Under the pieces are notes generated by a model that ran no database searches, was not told the DNA's origin, and was given only the letters and a program-made list of their open reading frames with translations. Made by a program: the position numbers and the translations under genes. Of a DNA stretch of 64,000 nucleotides, positions 52,482 to 62,396 are shown one piece after another; position 1 is the first letter of the stretch, and the number at the start of each line of letters is the position of its first letter. Origin of the DNA: Candidatus Krumholzibacteriia bacterium (GTDB taxonomy: Bacteria > Krumholzibacteriota > Krumholzibacteriia > JAJRXK01); assembly GCA_041484665.1 (NCBI GenBank), contig JBGPIA010000001.1, positions 768,001-832,000 on the forward strand. The letters are read 5' to 3'.

Positions 52482-53168
52482 GTGACGGGCCAGGGGGGCC
52501 GCCGCTTGACCTTGCGCTGGAGCCGGATCGTGCTCTCCACATCGCTGCTGACCTGGAGCGGCCTTCTCGCCGGCGTGGGCATTGCCCTTGGCACCGCGAC
52601 TGCAGCTACGGCAGCGCCCTCGGGCGCAGCGGGCGGCTCCGGGACACGCGTGCTGGAGTTCGGCCCCTACCTGGGGGCCTACGATTTCGACGCCTCCACC
52701 TGGTTTGAGGACAGCGCCCTGTTCGGGCTGCGGGCCACGGCGCGCCTGAGCCGCGTCTTCCTGCTCGACGCGGAGTTCGACGAGGTCTACACGCGCCGCG
52801 AACGCAGCAACAACACGGCGCGGCAGATCAGCGTGGCCGTGCATGGGCGCGTGGAGCCGCTGCGCTCACGGCTCTCCCCCACGCTGCTCGCCGGCGTGGC
52901 GTTCGTGGGCCTGGACGACAGCGAAGATCCCGATGCGTTCAGCGAGGCTTACGACATCGGGACGGGCCTGCGCGCCCGCATCACGTCGTGCTGGAGCGCG
53001 CGCGCCGAATGGCTGCTACGCCGCCAGGAGTTCAGGGTGCTCACGCTGGCGACGGCCAGCGATGGCACTGGCACGGGGGCCCAGAGCTCGCAGACGTCCG
53101 CGGTGAACGCGCAGCCCACGCAGATGTGGGGCCGGGCGATGCGAGTGGGGCTGGCATATGCGTTCTGA
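52482..53168 (+). CDS. Outer-membrane beta-barrel protein (OmpA-TM-like)
   Basis: Signal peptide; amphipathic strands; ends VGLAYAF. Confidence 0.75.
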   Translation: MTGQGGRRLTLRWSRIVLSTSLLTWSGLLAGVGIALGTATAATAAPSGAAGGSGTRVLEFGPYLGAYDFDASTWFEDSALFGLRATARLSRVFLLDAEFDEVYTRRERSNNTARQISVAVHGRVEPLRSRLSPTLLAGVAFVGLDDSEDPDAFSEAYDIGTGLRARITSCWSARAEWLLRRQEFRVLTLATASDGTGTGAQSSQTSAVNAQPTQMWGRAMRVGLAYAF

Positions 53169-53853
53169 GGTTCGCTACGATCGACGATGCGTGGGAGCGC
53201 GGCTCTTGGCTTGGGCGCTCGCGGCGGGCGGCGCGGTGGGCGCCGTAGGTGGCGTCGATGTCGTAAGCGTCGTGAGCCTGGCGGGCGCGGTCGGCGCGGT
53301 GAGCGTTGCGAGTCCGCAACCGGCACGCGCTGCAGAGGGCGGCGCTTGGCCGGTCGCACATCCGCTGGAGCTCTCCATCTACGCCGGCTCGTGGAACTTC
53401 AACCAGACGATCCACTTCCGCGACGACGCCCTGCTGGGGCTGCGCGGTGGGATGGGGTTCGTTCCCTGGCTGCAGCTCGAGCTGGAGCTCGATGAGATCA
53501 CCACCAGCAGCCGCCGCGACGGAGCTGCGGCCCGGGCCACCAGCGTCGCCATGCACGGGCGCATCGAGCCGTGGGGTCACTGGCGCGTGTCGCCTGGATT
53601 GGTGGCGGGCGTCTCGTTCATGGCGCTGGAGGACGACACCGATCCCGATGCCATCGCCGAAGGACTCGACGTCGGCGTGCACGCGCGCATCAACGTCACG
53701 CCGCACGTGGCAGTGCGGCCCGAAATCGTCGGGCGGTACCAGTCGGTCCGGCTGGTGGACGACAGCCAGCTCAGGGCCGCTGGAGCCACCGACGCTGAGA
53801 CCCGCTACCTGTGGAGCGTGGGCTACCGCGTGGGGGTGGGGTTTGCGTTCTGA
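53158..53853 (+). CDS. Outer-membrane beta-barrel protein, paralog of the previous gene
   Basis: Shared motifs (DxALxGLR, DE, HGRxEP, DPDA); ends VGVGFAF. Confidence 0.75.
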   Translation: MRSEVRYDRRCVGARLLAWALAAGGAVGAVGGVDVVSVVSLAGAVGAVSVASPQPARAAEGGAWPVAHPLELSIYAGSWNFNQTIHFRDDALLGLRGGMGFVPWLQLELELDEITTSSRRDGAAARATSVAMHGRIEPWGHWRVSPGLVAGVSFMALEDDTDPDAIAEGLDVGVHARINVTPHVAVRPEIVGRYQSVRLVDDSQLRAAGATDAETRYLWSVGYRVGVGFAF

Positions 53854-53944
53854 ACAGACGAATGGGGCGAGCGCGATCCTCCCGGCCACGGCGGGGGCGC
53901 CGCGTGCCCGGCAGCCGGGCAGCGGACTCGGCAGGCTGCGCCTG

Positions 53945-55105
53945 GTGGTCTGCCTCGGGCTGGTCGCCGCGTCGGCCGCAGGCTGCAGGGACCTGGTGCA
54001 GCCCCAGCTGGCGCCGGTGGCGCCGGTGATGGCCTCGGGCGTTGTCCTCTCGCCGCTGGGGGTGCCAGTCAGCGGCGTCTCCGTCTCTTTGAATAATTAC
54101 GGCTACCCTGGACCCGTCAATGGCAGCTGGAACGGCAAGACCGACGAAGAAGGCCGGTTCACTTCCGACCTACCTGCACCTGGGTACTTTGACGGGTCGG
54201 TAGACTTCCCCAGTTCGTCGCAGCTGCCCGGTTGGCGATTCTACGCAGTCTGGTTCGACGAAACGCCGAAGCAGCTCCAGCCGCAGTATGTGTCGCAAAG
54301 GGGTCGAGTCGTATACGCGGTCGCTCTCCCGTTCGTGCCCACGAACCACGGGGTGGAGTTCGACTATGGGTACCGCATCCCCACGGGGGAGACGCGCCAC
54401 GCAAGCGTCAGCTTCTACGTTTCCGACAACGGTGAGTTCACGGCCTGGTTGCCCTGGGCAGGTCGCTTCCGCGCCTTCGTGAACGCGAGGGCCTATCCGC
54501 AGTCAGTAGCGTACGATTGGCCGGACAGCGTGGTGGTCTCCGGCGCCGACACGCTGACGCTGCTGGTCCCGGTGGTCGACTATGAGATCCGGCCCTCACT
54601 CGGAGGCGTGCCACTCGAGGCCGCTACGCTCACGGTCGAGACGACCTTGAGGGCGCCAAACAAGTTCGAAGATGGCAACACCTCTCTTCAACCGTCGACC
54701 ACCAATGGCCACATCCATGCGCTCGGCTTCCAGGGGAGCTGTAGCATTCGCGTGGGCCCGCCGCAAGGAGTGCCTACATCATTCCTCTTTTTCGATAGGT
54801 CGGCACTCGTGACGTTGGGTCCAGGTGCTGTTATCGCCGTGGAATTGGGTCGGTACCAACTCGGGATCCACCTGCGCACGGTCGGTGGCGCTGCCGTCGT
54901 CGGAGGCGCCATCATTGTGGACTCTTCTGCGGATCGAGGCGTGGAGCTCCAAAGCGATGCCACGGGCTCCGCCAGCCTCCACCTGAACCCGGGGGCTTAC
55001 CAGGTCCTGGCCCGGCTGCAATCCGCGGGGGCAGCTGCCGACACGGTCGTGACGATCGCCTCGGACATGGACCTGACCCTCGTCATCCCGGAGACCGGCC
55101 CCTGA
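53945..55105 (+). CDS. Putative lipoprotein with carboxypeptidase-regulatory-like beta domains (start uncertain)
   Basis: Lipobox AAG|C; G.V....G.PV.GV.V...TDEEGRF; SDATGSA...PGAYQV. Confidence 0.6.
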   Translation: MVCLGLVAASAAGCRDLVQPQLAPVAPVMASGVVLSPLGVPVSGVSVSLNNYGYPGPVNGSWNGKTDEEGRFTSDLPAPGYFDGSVDFPSSSQLPGWRFYAVWFDETPKQLQPQYVSQRGRVVYAVALPFVPTNHGVEFDYGYRIPTGETRHASVSFYVSDNGEFTAWLPWAGRFRAFVNARAYPQSVAYDWPDSVVVSGADTLTLLVPVVDYEIRPSLGGVPLEAATLTVETTLRAPNKFEDGNTSLQPSTTNGHIHALGFQGSCSIRVGPPQGVPTSFLFFDRSALVTLGPGAVIAVELGRYQLGIHLRTVGGAAVVGGAIIVDSSADRGVELQSDATGSASLHLNPGAYQVLARLQSAGAAADTVVTIASDMDLTLVIPETGP

Positions 55106-55155
55106 CACGCCGGCGGTGAGACCGCACGCGCCCAGGTCGCGCCCATCGCCCGCCC

Positions 55156-57765
55156 TCAGCGTGTGTCCGCTCCGTCCTCGATCTGCAGCGGCTCCATCAT
55201 CATCAGCGGCCGGCCCCGCGCTTCTAGCAGGTGGCTCCAGAAGATCGACTCGGCCTGCGGCCCGATTCCACAAGATTCCTCGGCAGCGATGGCATCCTCC
55301 ACGGATAGCGCGCCGGCCAAGTTGCCCGGAAAGCCAGCGCCTGGAGAGTCACCCGCGCCGCGCACATCGCCCACAGCCAGCTGGAACAGCTTCGGGCGCA
55401 GAGCCTCCAGATTCAGCATCCCAATCGATGGCGCCTCAGTCAGCACGACGCGCCGCGCCACGGGGATCCCCGCCCGCTCCTTTGCGATGCGCAGCGCGTC
55501 CCACAGGCCACCCAGGTCGTCCACCAGTTTCAACCCTTGCGCGCGGGTCCCGCTCCACACGCGCCCCTGCCCGATCGAGTCCACATAGGCCGCCGGGAGC
55601 TTGCGCGCCGCGGCGACCTTGACGACGAAATCATGGTACTCGTTGCGCAGCAGCGTTTCGGCGCGCTCGCGCTCCTTGGGGGTCAGCGGGCGCTCCGGCA
55701 GCACCTGACCGATCCCGGGCAGCATGATCCCCTGATACAGGTCGGCATGGGGCCCGCGCTTCACGCCGTCGTACGTCAATCCAAGCTTGCGGCCCAGCGA
55801 GTCGTTCCAGGCGTGTCCGCCGATCACGCCGATGGAGCCCGTGATCGAGATCGGCGCGGACACGATGCGATCGCCCGGCATGCTGATCCAGTACCCACCC
55901 GATGCCGCCGCTTGGCCTTGCGATACGATCACGGGCTTGCGCTTGGCGGTCTGCGCGACCTCGCGCGCCACGACGTCGCTGGCCATTCCGTCGCCACCCG
56001 GAGAGTCGACGCGCAGCACCACCGCTTTCACGCCGCGGTCCTCGCGCGCGCGCCGGAACACTCCCGCCAGCTCCCGCGCCCGGATCCCGGTGTCCATGTC
56101 GCACGGTCCGATCGCGTACAGCACCGCGATCCGCGCCGGCTCCCCCCACTCCAGGGGTCCCCACACGGGGTCGCCGAGCACGCGCCCCAGCTGCGCTGCA
56201 AAGGCGTCGCCACCGGCCCGGCGCCCCGCAGTCCGCGCCGCCTTCACCGTCTGCTCCCATGTCCCCAACGAATCGACCAGCCCCGCCGCGAGCGCGTCTT
56301 CGGCCGTCAGGAAACCCTGTCGATCGAGGATCTCCTCCCAGCGCTCGCGCGGGATGGCCCGCGCCGCGGTGAGCGCCGACACCGCCGTTTCGTACATGTC
56401 GTCGATCAGGGCTTGACGCTGCTCGCGATCGGCGGGCGACATCGAGGTGCGCGAGTAGCTCTCCATTGCGGACTTGTACTTGAAGAAACGCCACTCATCC
56501 ACGCCAATCCCCACCTTGTCGGCCGCATTCTTGTAATACGTACGGCCGGTCGCCAGCCCCAGCAGGTGCAGATCGCCGTAGGGATCCATCCATATCTGGT
56601 CGGCGACCGAGGCGAGCATGGTCTCGAACAGCCCCCCGCGGTCCAGGTAGACGATCACCTTCTTGCCGGCTGCGCGCAGGCCGGCCAGCTGCGCGCGCAG
56701 CTCCCACTGCAGCTCCGGCGTGACGCGCATCCCGGAGAGATTCACGACCAGCCCACCCACGTTCGGATCGGCGGCAGCGCGCTCGATCGCGGCCAGCGTG
56801 GAGAGCAGCGTGCGGCGCCGGTCGAAGAACCGGTAGCGCCGGTAGGTCATCGGGCCGTTGAGGTCCAGCGTGGGGAAACGGTGCCCGCGGGGCCGCAATC
56901 CGCGTGCGCCACGTGCAGCGGGCGGACCGTACTCCAGCGCCCAGGTCGAGGCGATGCGGTGGCCGTCGTTGTCCAGGTGCGGCCGCCACGAGACGTGGTC
57001 GCGTGGGCTCAGCCCCAGCGTGACCCCCAGGCTCACCTCACCCGTGCTCAGCGCCTTGGCAGCGAGCGTGAGCTTGGGCGTGATCTCCGCGCGCACACCG
57101 TAGCCCGTGTGGATGTCCGCGAAGGCGTCGCCCTTGCGGCAGACGGCATCGCCGAACAGCGTCAGGCGCGGTCCCAGGGGACGCAGACCCAGATCGACCT
57201 GCTGCTCGTTGCTGCTGCGCTGCAGATCCCAGAGCGAAGCGACTCCGACCGAGACCACCCGCCAGCGGCCGACCACCCCCGCGGTGAGCCGGCCATCCCG
57301 CTGCGCGCCGCCGGGCAGCGGGCCGCCCGGGACCCAGGCGTACGACATGCCGATGGTCGCAGTGCGGCGGCCAGCGCTGAGGCCCAGCGTGTACTCGTCG
57401 AGACTGCTGCCACCGATCTCGCCCGCCGGCCCTGGAAATCGCAGCTGGCGCCACCCGAAGCCCAGGTAGCGCAGTGAGACCGCGCCCGCCCATGCCTTGC
57501 GATCGCTGTGCGCGAGATCGTCCCAGCTGAGGTAGGCTCCCCAGCTGTGCTGCATCGCCCACGCCGCGGGGTTGAAGACGCCCGCGAGCGCGCTGTTCGC
57601 GGTGCCCGGAGTGTCGACCAGGATCTGGGTCTCACGCGGCAGGTCGGGCAGGCCGCCGTTGTCAGCAGCCCACGCTGCGGGCACCCCGGGAAGGAACGCA
57701 GCGAGAACGAGCAGAACGACCGTCGCGAGCGCCGTCGCGCGCCCGACGCTGGCGAAGCAGACCAT
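55156..57765 (-). CDS. sppA: Signal peptide peptidase SppA (tandem S49 domains) with an extra N-terminal beta-rich domain
   Basis: KYKSA, LRVDSPGG, AASGGYW, ITGSIGV, GQGRVWSG; AGGAGGAG RBS. Confidence 0.88.
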   Translation of the reverse strand: MVCFASVGRATALATVVLLVLAAFLPGVPAAWAADNGGLPDLPRETQILVDTPGTANSALAGVFNPAAWAMQHSWGAYLSWDDLAHSDRKAWAGAVSLRYLGFGWRQLRFPGPAGEIGGSSLDEYTLGLSAGRRTATIGMSYAWVPGGPLPGGAQRDGRLTAGVVGRWRVVSVGVASLWDLQRSSNEQQVDLGLRPLGPRLTLFGDAVCRKGDAFADIHTGYGVRAEITPKLTLAAKALSTGEVSLGVTLGLSPRDHVSWRPHLDNDGHRIASTWALEYGPPAARGARGLRPRGHRFPTLDLNGPMTYRRYRFFDRRRTLLSTLAAIERAAADPNVGGLVVNLSGMRVTPELQWELRAQLAGLRAAGKKVIVYLDRGGLFETMLASVADQIWMDPYGDLHLLGLATGRTYYKNAADKVGIGVDEWRFFKYKSAMESYSRTSMSPADREQRQALIDDMYETAVSALTAARAIPRERWEEILDRQGFLTAEDALAAGLVDSLGTWEQTVKAARTAGRRAGGDAFAAQLGRVLGDPVWGPLEWGEPARIAVLYAIGPCDMDTGIRARELAGVFRRAREDRGVKAVVLRVDSPGGDGMASDVVAREVAQTAKRKPVIVSQGQAAASGGYWISMPGDRIVSAPISITGSIGVIGGHAWNDSLGRKLGLTYDGVKRGPHADLYQGIMLPGIGQVLPERPLTPKERERAETLLRNEYHDFVVKVAAARKLPAAYVDSIGQGRVWSGTRAQGLKLVDDLGGLWDALRIAKERAGIPVARRVVLTEAPSIGMLNLEALRPKLFQLAVGDVRGAGDSPGAGFPGNLAGALSVEDAIAAEESCGIGPQAESIFWSHLLEARGRPLMMMEPLQIEDGADTR

Positions 57766-57999
57766 GGCTCCTCCTGTAACCCGGGCGCGCTATGGGACGT
57801 CTAGGGGGGTGCCGATCGACGTGAGAGCTTTCAGCGCGGCGGCGGCGGGACGGGCCGGCCACCGGCTCCCGGGGCGTAGACTAGCGGCCGCGACCGGTCC
57901 GTTCAAGGGAACGTCGGCGCGCAGGGCGCCTGACGTGGCGCGGGCGCGGGAGAGGATGAACGCGTGGAGCGATTGCCCCGAGGCCTCGCGCGGGCGGCC

Positions 58000-59211
58000 A
58001 TGACGATCAAGGCCTCAGGGCCTGGGCGGCGGCCGTCCGCACGGCTGGGCATCCTGCCTTCCCGACGGGCGCGGGGCGCGACCGTGCTGCCGCGCCTCGC
58101 GCAGCTGCCGCCGCTGACGCTGCCGGCGCTGCTGGCGGCACCGGCGCTGCTCGCGGCGCTGGCGCTGGCCACCTCGCCGGCGGCCGCGGGATCCTCCCTG
58201 GATCTGGGCGCCGCGGGCGCAGGACTGAGCATCGGCAACTCGGCGCGCTGGGACGGGCTGCGCATCAACTTCAGCGACCGTGACGTCGAGCGCGTGAACG
58301 GTCTCAACCTCACGCTCTGGAAGGCGCGCCGCAATCGACATTTCCGTCTCGACGGCGTCGGCGTGGGCCTGCTGGGGCCCGGCGTGCACGTACTGCACGG
58401 CGTGGCGATCGGTGGCTTGGGTGTAGCGGCGGACGAGCTTTGGGGCATTGCGCTGGCGCCGATCGGCGTCGGTGGCGAGAGCCTCAGCGGTATCGTGATC
58501 GGCGGCATTGGTGCGGGGGCCCAGGAGAGCGCTCGGGGCCTGATGATCGGCGGCGTCGGGGCGGGCGCCGGCCGGGACATGATCGGGATCGGCATCGGCG
58601 GGGTCGGCGTGGGCGCCGGCGGGAATATGGACGGCCTCGTGATCGGCGGTCTGGCCTGCGGGGCCGGGGAGAGCTTCCGGGGCATCGCCATCGGCGGGCT
58701 GGGCTGCGGGGCGGGCGAGGATCTCACGGGAATCGCGCTGGGGGGTGTGGGCGTCGGGGCGGGAGAGAACGTCAAGGGGCTGGTGGTGGGGGCCGTCGCA
58801 GCGGGCGCCGGCCGCAACCTCGCGGGCATCGGCATCGGCGGGATCGCGGTCGGCGCTGGCGATGAGCTGCGTGGGCTGGGGATCGCGGGCCTCGCCGTCG
58901 GAGCAGGCGATGAGCTGCGCGGGTTGGGAATCGGTGGGCTGGTCGTGGGCGCGACCACGTTGACGGGCGCCGGGATCGGAGGGCTCATGGTGTACACGCG
59001 CACGCTTCGCGGAGTGGGCGTGGCTCCGTACGTCCGCGCTAGCGATGAACTCCACGGTGTCGGCATCGCGCTGCTGAACTACGCGGTGCGGCTGCGCGGC
59101 GTGCAGATCGGAGCCCTCAACTACGCCGGCAACAATCCCTGGCCATTCAAGTTCCTGCCGCTGCTCAACGTGCACATCGACCGGCACGGCCCGGGACGCA
59201 GACGGACGTAA
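58000..59211 (+). CDS. Secreted Gly-rich 15-aa repeat protein (LA_2272-like)
   Basis: About 14 repeats of G(I/L)x(I/V)GG(L/V)GxGAGxx; C-terminal GVQIGALNYA...FLPLLN. Confidence 0.8.
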   Translation: MTIKASGPGRRPSARLGILPSRRARGATVLPRLAQLPPLTLPALLAAPALLAALALATSPAAAGSSLDLGAAGAGLSIGNSARWDGLRINFSDRDVERVNGLNLTLWKARRNRHFRLDGVGVGLLGPGVHVLHGVAIGGLGVAADELWGIALAPIGVGGESLSGIVIGGIGAGAQESARGLMIGGVGAGAGRDMIGIGIGGVGVGAGGNMDGLVIGGLACGAGESFRGIAIGGLGCGAGEDLTGIALGGVGVGAGENVKGLVVGAVAAGAGRNLAGIGIGGIAVGAGDELRGLGIAGLAVGAGDELRGLGIGGLVVGATTLTGAGIGGLMVYTRTLRGVGVAPYVRASDELHGVGIALLNYAVRLRGVQIGALNYAGNNPWPFKFLPLLNVHIDRHGPGRRRT

Positions 59212-59217
59212 CGGCCG

Positions 59218-60015
59218 CTACTTCACCAGGCGTCGGCGCATCAGCACCAACGCCAGTGCCGAGACAAAAAGCGCCGCGCCCGCCAGGTAGGCCAGGCTCG
59301 CCGCCCAGTGGGGTGGCGCCTGCCCCAGGCACGCCCCGCGCGCCAGGGCTGCCACGTGCGTGAGCGGCAGCACGCGCGCCACGCGCAGCGCCCAACCCGG
59401 CAGGGTCTCGAGCGGGAAGAACGTCCCGCTGAACAGGAACATCGGGAACACCAGCAGGAAGATCGGCAGGTTGAAGCCGTCGATGGACGGCGAGAGCGCG
59501 GTCGTGACCAGCCCCAGCCCGGCGAACAACAGGCCGCCCAGCACGGCCAGCGGCACGATCAGCGCGCCGGCGGGCCACGCCACGAGCCCCAGCGCCGTCA
59601 GCACCCCCAGCATGATCGAGGCGGCCAGCAGCGACTTGGTGGCCCCCCATAGCCATTCTCCGGCGATCACGTCCTCGACCAGGAGCGGCGTCGCTACGAT
59701 CGCGTCGAAGGTCCGCTGGTAGTACATGCGTATGAACGAGGCGTAGGTCGTCTCGAAGTACGCGTTGTACATGATCGCCACCGCGATCAGGCCGGGCGCC
59801 ATGAAGCGCACGTAGCTCAGCTGCTGCCCGAGGTAGGTCACGGTACCGATCAGGCGGCCCAGGCCGAGCCCGAACGCGACCACGTAAAGGATCGGCTCCA
59901 GCAGCGGCGGCAGGAAGCTGAGCAGCCAGGTCTTGCGGAACACGCCCGCGTGCCGCTGCCAGACACGCAGGCTGCGGCGCGAAACGTGCGTGAAGGTGCG
60001 CCACCCGCCGTCCAC
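59218..60015 (-). CDS. ABC-2 permease (NodJ-like)
   Basis: EPILY..FGLGLG, FMAPGL, PMFLFSGTFFP. Confidence 0.9.
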   Translation of the reverse strand: MDGGWRTFTHVSRRSLRVWQRHAGVFRKTWLLSFLPPLLEPILYVVAFGLGLGRLIGTVTYLGQQLSYVRFMAPGLIAVAIMYNAYFETTYASFIRMYYQRTFDAIVATPLLVEDVIAGEWLWGATKSLLAASIMLGVLTALGLVAWPAGALIVPLAVLGGLLFAGLGLVTTALSPSIDGFNLPIFLLVFPMFLFSGTFFPLETLPGWALRVARVLPLTHVAALARGACLGQAPPHWAASLAYLAGAALFVSALALVLMRRRLVK

Positions 60016-60018
60016 GAC

Positions 60019-60972
60019 TCATTCCTTCAGCGCACGCCCGGCACGCAGCAGGAAGACGTCCTCCAGCGTGGCGTGGCGGATGAGCCGCGGCTGATGCGGG
60101 AAGCGATCGCCGATCGCCGCGGCGATGCCGTCGCCGCCGCGATCGTAGAGGAAGAGGCGCTCCTCAGCCTCCTCCGCCGGCCAGCCGGCCGCACGGACGA
60201 AGCTCCGCACCTCGTCGGTGAGCTCCCACAGCTCCACGACTTCGCGGCCGGCCTCGCGGGCGACCAGCTCGCCCGGCGTGCCCTGCAGCAGGATGCGCCC
60301 GTTGTCCATGAGGATCACGCGGTCGCAGAGCTGGCTCGCCTCCTCCATGTAGTGGGTCGTCAGGAGCGCGGTCACCCCCTCGCTCTTGAGCTGGCGGACA
60401 CGCTGCCAGATGAGGTGGCGGGCCTGGGGATCGAGCCCGGTGGTCGGTTCGTCGAGGATCAGCAGCCGTGGGTGGTTCATGAGGGCGCGCGCCAGGATCA
60501 GCCTCCGCTTCATGCCGCCGGACAGCTCCGCGATCTTGGCGCGGGCTTTCTCGGTGAGCTGCATCAGCTCCAGCAGCTCGTCGGCGCGCCGGGTCGCGGT
60601 CGCGCGCGGCAGGTCGTGGTAGCGGCCGTAGAGCAGCAGGTTCTGCCGCACGTTGAAGTCGGGGTCGAGGTTGTCCTCCTGCGGACAGATTCCCAGTAGC
60701 GCCTTCACCACGCGCGGGCGCTGCGTGACGTCGAGACCGAAGATGCGCACCGATCCTGCGCTGATGGGAGTGAAGCACGACACCATCCGCACGGTGGTGG
60801 TCTTGCCGGCTCCGTTGGGGCCCAGGAAACCCACGCACTCGCCGGCCTGAACCTGGAAATCGATGCCTGCGACCGCGGTGAACGAGCCGTAGCGCTTGGT
60901 GAGCCCGCTGGCGGCAATCGGAATGCCGGAGACAGCGAGCGGACTCGAGGGGATCGCAGCTGCGGGGAACAT
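60019..60972 (-). CDS. ABC ATPase (NodI-like)
   Basis: GPNGAGKTT, LSGGMKRR, LDEPTTGLDPQAR. Confidence 0.93.
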   Translation of the reverse strand: MFPAAAIPSSPLAVSGIPIAASGLTKRYGSFTAVAGIDFQVQAGECVGFLGPNGAGKTTTVRMVSCFTPISAGSVRIFGLDVTQRPRVVKALLGICPQEDNLDPDFNVRQNLLLYGRYHDLPRATATRRADELLELMQLTEKARAKIAELSGGMKRRLILARALMNHPRLLILDEPTTGLDPQARHLIWQRVRQLKSEGVTALLTTHYMEEASQLCDRVILMDNGRILLQGTPGELVAREAGREVVELWELTDEVRSFVRAAGWPAEEAEERLFLYDRGGDGIAAAIGDRFPHQPRLIRHATLEDVFLLRAGRALKE

Positions 60973-61012
60973 GGCCGGCTAGCCTATCAAGACAGCGCGG
61001 CCGCAGGGAACG

Positions 61013-61046
61013 AAAAACCCCGCTGCGAGCCTGGATCGCGGCGGGG
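61013..61046 (-). terminator. Intrinsic terminator after the PDZ gene
   Basis: Minus strand CCCCGCCGCGA-loop-TCGCAGCGGGG followed by TTTTT. Confidence 0.7.
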
Positions 61047-61108
61047 TGCGGGGCTCGAGCGCGTGCGTCCCAGCCCCGGTGACTCTCCCTCGTCTGGTGC
61101 TTCTCCTC

Positions 61109-62167
61109 CTACTTCTCCTTGTCCTTGCGCAGCTGCTCGAGTTGTTGCCGCAGCTCGTCGAGCTGGCTTTGGAGCTTCTCCAGTGACTCGTGAAGGTCCT
61201 TTTGATCGCTGTCGCTGCGGAACTCGTAGACGTGAGCGTCGGGCGACAGCTCCCGCATCCGGCCCAGGCCCCGCAGGCCGCGCAGCTGGTCCCGCAATGA
61301 GTTGGCCCAAGGCTCGTCGTTGCCATGGAACCGCTGGGCGTTGGGGAGGTCGGAGACCTCCACGTCATCGCCCATGCGAGCGCTCACCTCGACGTCCTTG
61401 TCCATGCGGTGCTTGTCGCGCATCACGGTCACCTTGACCTTGTCGCCGTCCTCGTGCTTGCCCAGCACGTCGTGCAGGCCGTTCCAGTCCTTCATCGCCT
61501 TGCCGTCGACCTCCACGATCACATCCCCCTCCTCCAGGCCGGCCTTCGCCGCCGGGGAGTCCTCGTGCACCCGGAGAACGAGCAGCCCCTCGTCGGTGCC
61601 GAAGTAGTGCCCGAGCTTCGGCGTGATCTCCTGCACCTCCACGCCCATCATCGGCGTCGAGGACATGAAGATCATCTTGCGCGGGCCGCGCTCGACACGG
61701 TCGGAGCGATCCGAGCGGTCAGAGCGATCGGCGTCGTCGGATTCGGCCGAGCGTTCCCGAACGCTGTCCGGGCGGCTGCCCAGGACGATCTCCGCCTTGC
61801 CCGCCTTGCCCTTGCGGATGAACTTGAGGGTGACCTTAGCGTCGGGCGCGAGCACGCCGATGGCGCTCTGCATCTCCTGAGGCTCGCGGACCCGCTCGGA
61901 GCCCACGGTGGTGATCACGTCGCCGCGCTGGATTCCGGCTTTGTCGGCGGGGCTATCCTTCTCCACCCCGCTGATCAGCACGCCGCGCTGATTCTCGGCG
62001 ATGCCGAAGGACTCCATGAGGTTCTGATCGAGGGCCTGGAGCTGGACGCCGAGATAGGCCGTTCCCTCTGCCGCCGCCGCGAGCCCGCTCCAGGCGAGCG
62101 CCGACAGCAGCAGGGCGGGCAGCAGCAGGGTCGCAGGCCGCCGGCCCAGAAGATTCTTGTAAACCAT
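61109..62167 (-). CDS. Secreted tandem-PDZ protein with C-terminal coiled coil
   Basis: Signal peptide; YLGV...SPADKAGI..GDVI and MGV...SPAAKAGL..GDVI; no protease domain. Confidence 0.88.
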   Translation of the reverse strand: MVYKNLLGRRPATLLLPALLLSALAWSGLAAAAEGTAYLGVQLQALDQNLMESFGIAENQRGVLISGVEKDSPADKAGIQRGDVITTVGSERVREPQEMQSAIGVLAPDAKVTLKFIRKGKAGKAEIVLGSRPDSVRERSAESDDADRSDRSDRSDRVERGPRKMIFMSSTPMMGVEVQEITPKLGHYFGTDEGLLVLRVHEDSPAAKAGLEEGDVIVEVDGKAMKDWNGLHDVLGKHEDGDKVKVTVMRDKHRMDKDVEVSARMGDDVEVSDLPNAQRFHGNDEPWANSLRDQLRGLRGLGRMRELSPDAHVYEFRSDSDQKDLHESLEKLQSQLDELRQQLEQLRKDKEK

Positions 62168-62396
62168 CGTCTGCCTCCTCCATCAGGCCGAGGATGTTCG
62201 TGCCGGGCGCCCGTCGGGGGCCGGCGCCCCCTCCACCATGCACCTCCTACGCTAGCGCGAGCGGCGAGTTCCACGGCCCACAGTCCACGGCAGGAGTGCC
62301 CATGACCCGAATCGCCGCCCGGGTTGCGCTCGACGGCGCGATGGCGCTAGATCAATGGTGGCCTCCCCCGGCGGCCACCTGACCCAGGAGCCCGCA

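Noticed and set aside
59218..60972. Nod-factor export
   Set aside because: NodIJ-like exporters are widespread and no nodABC genes are present.
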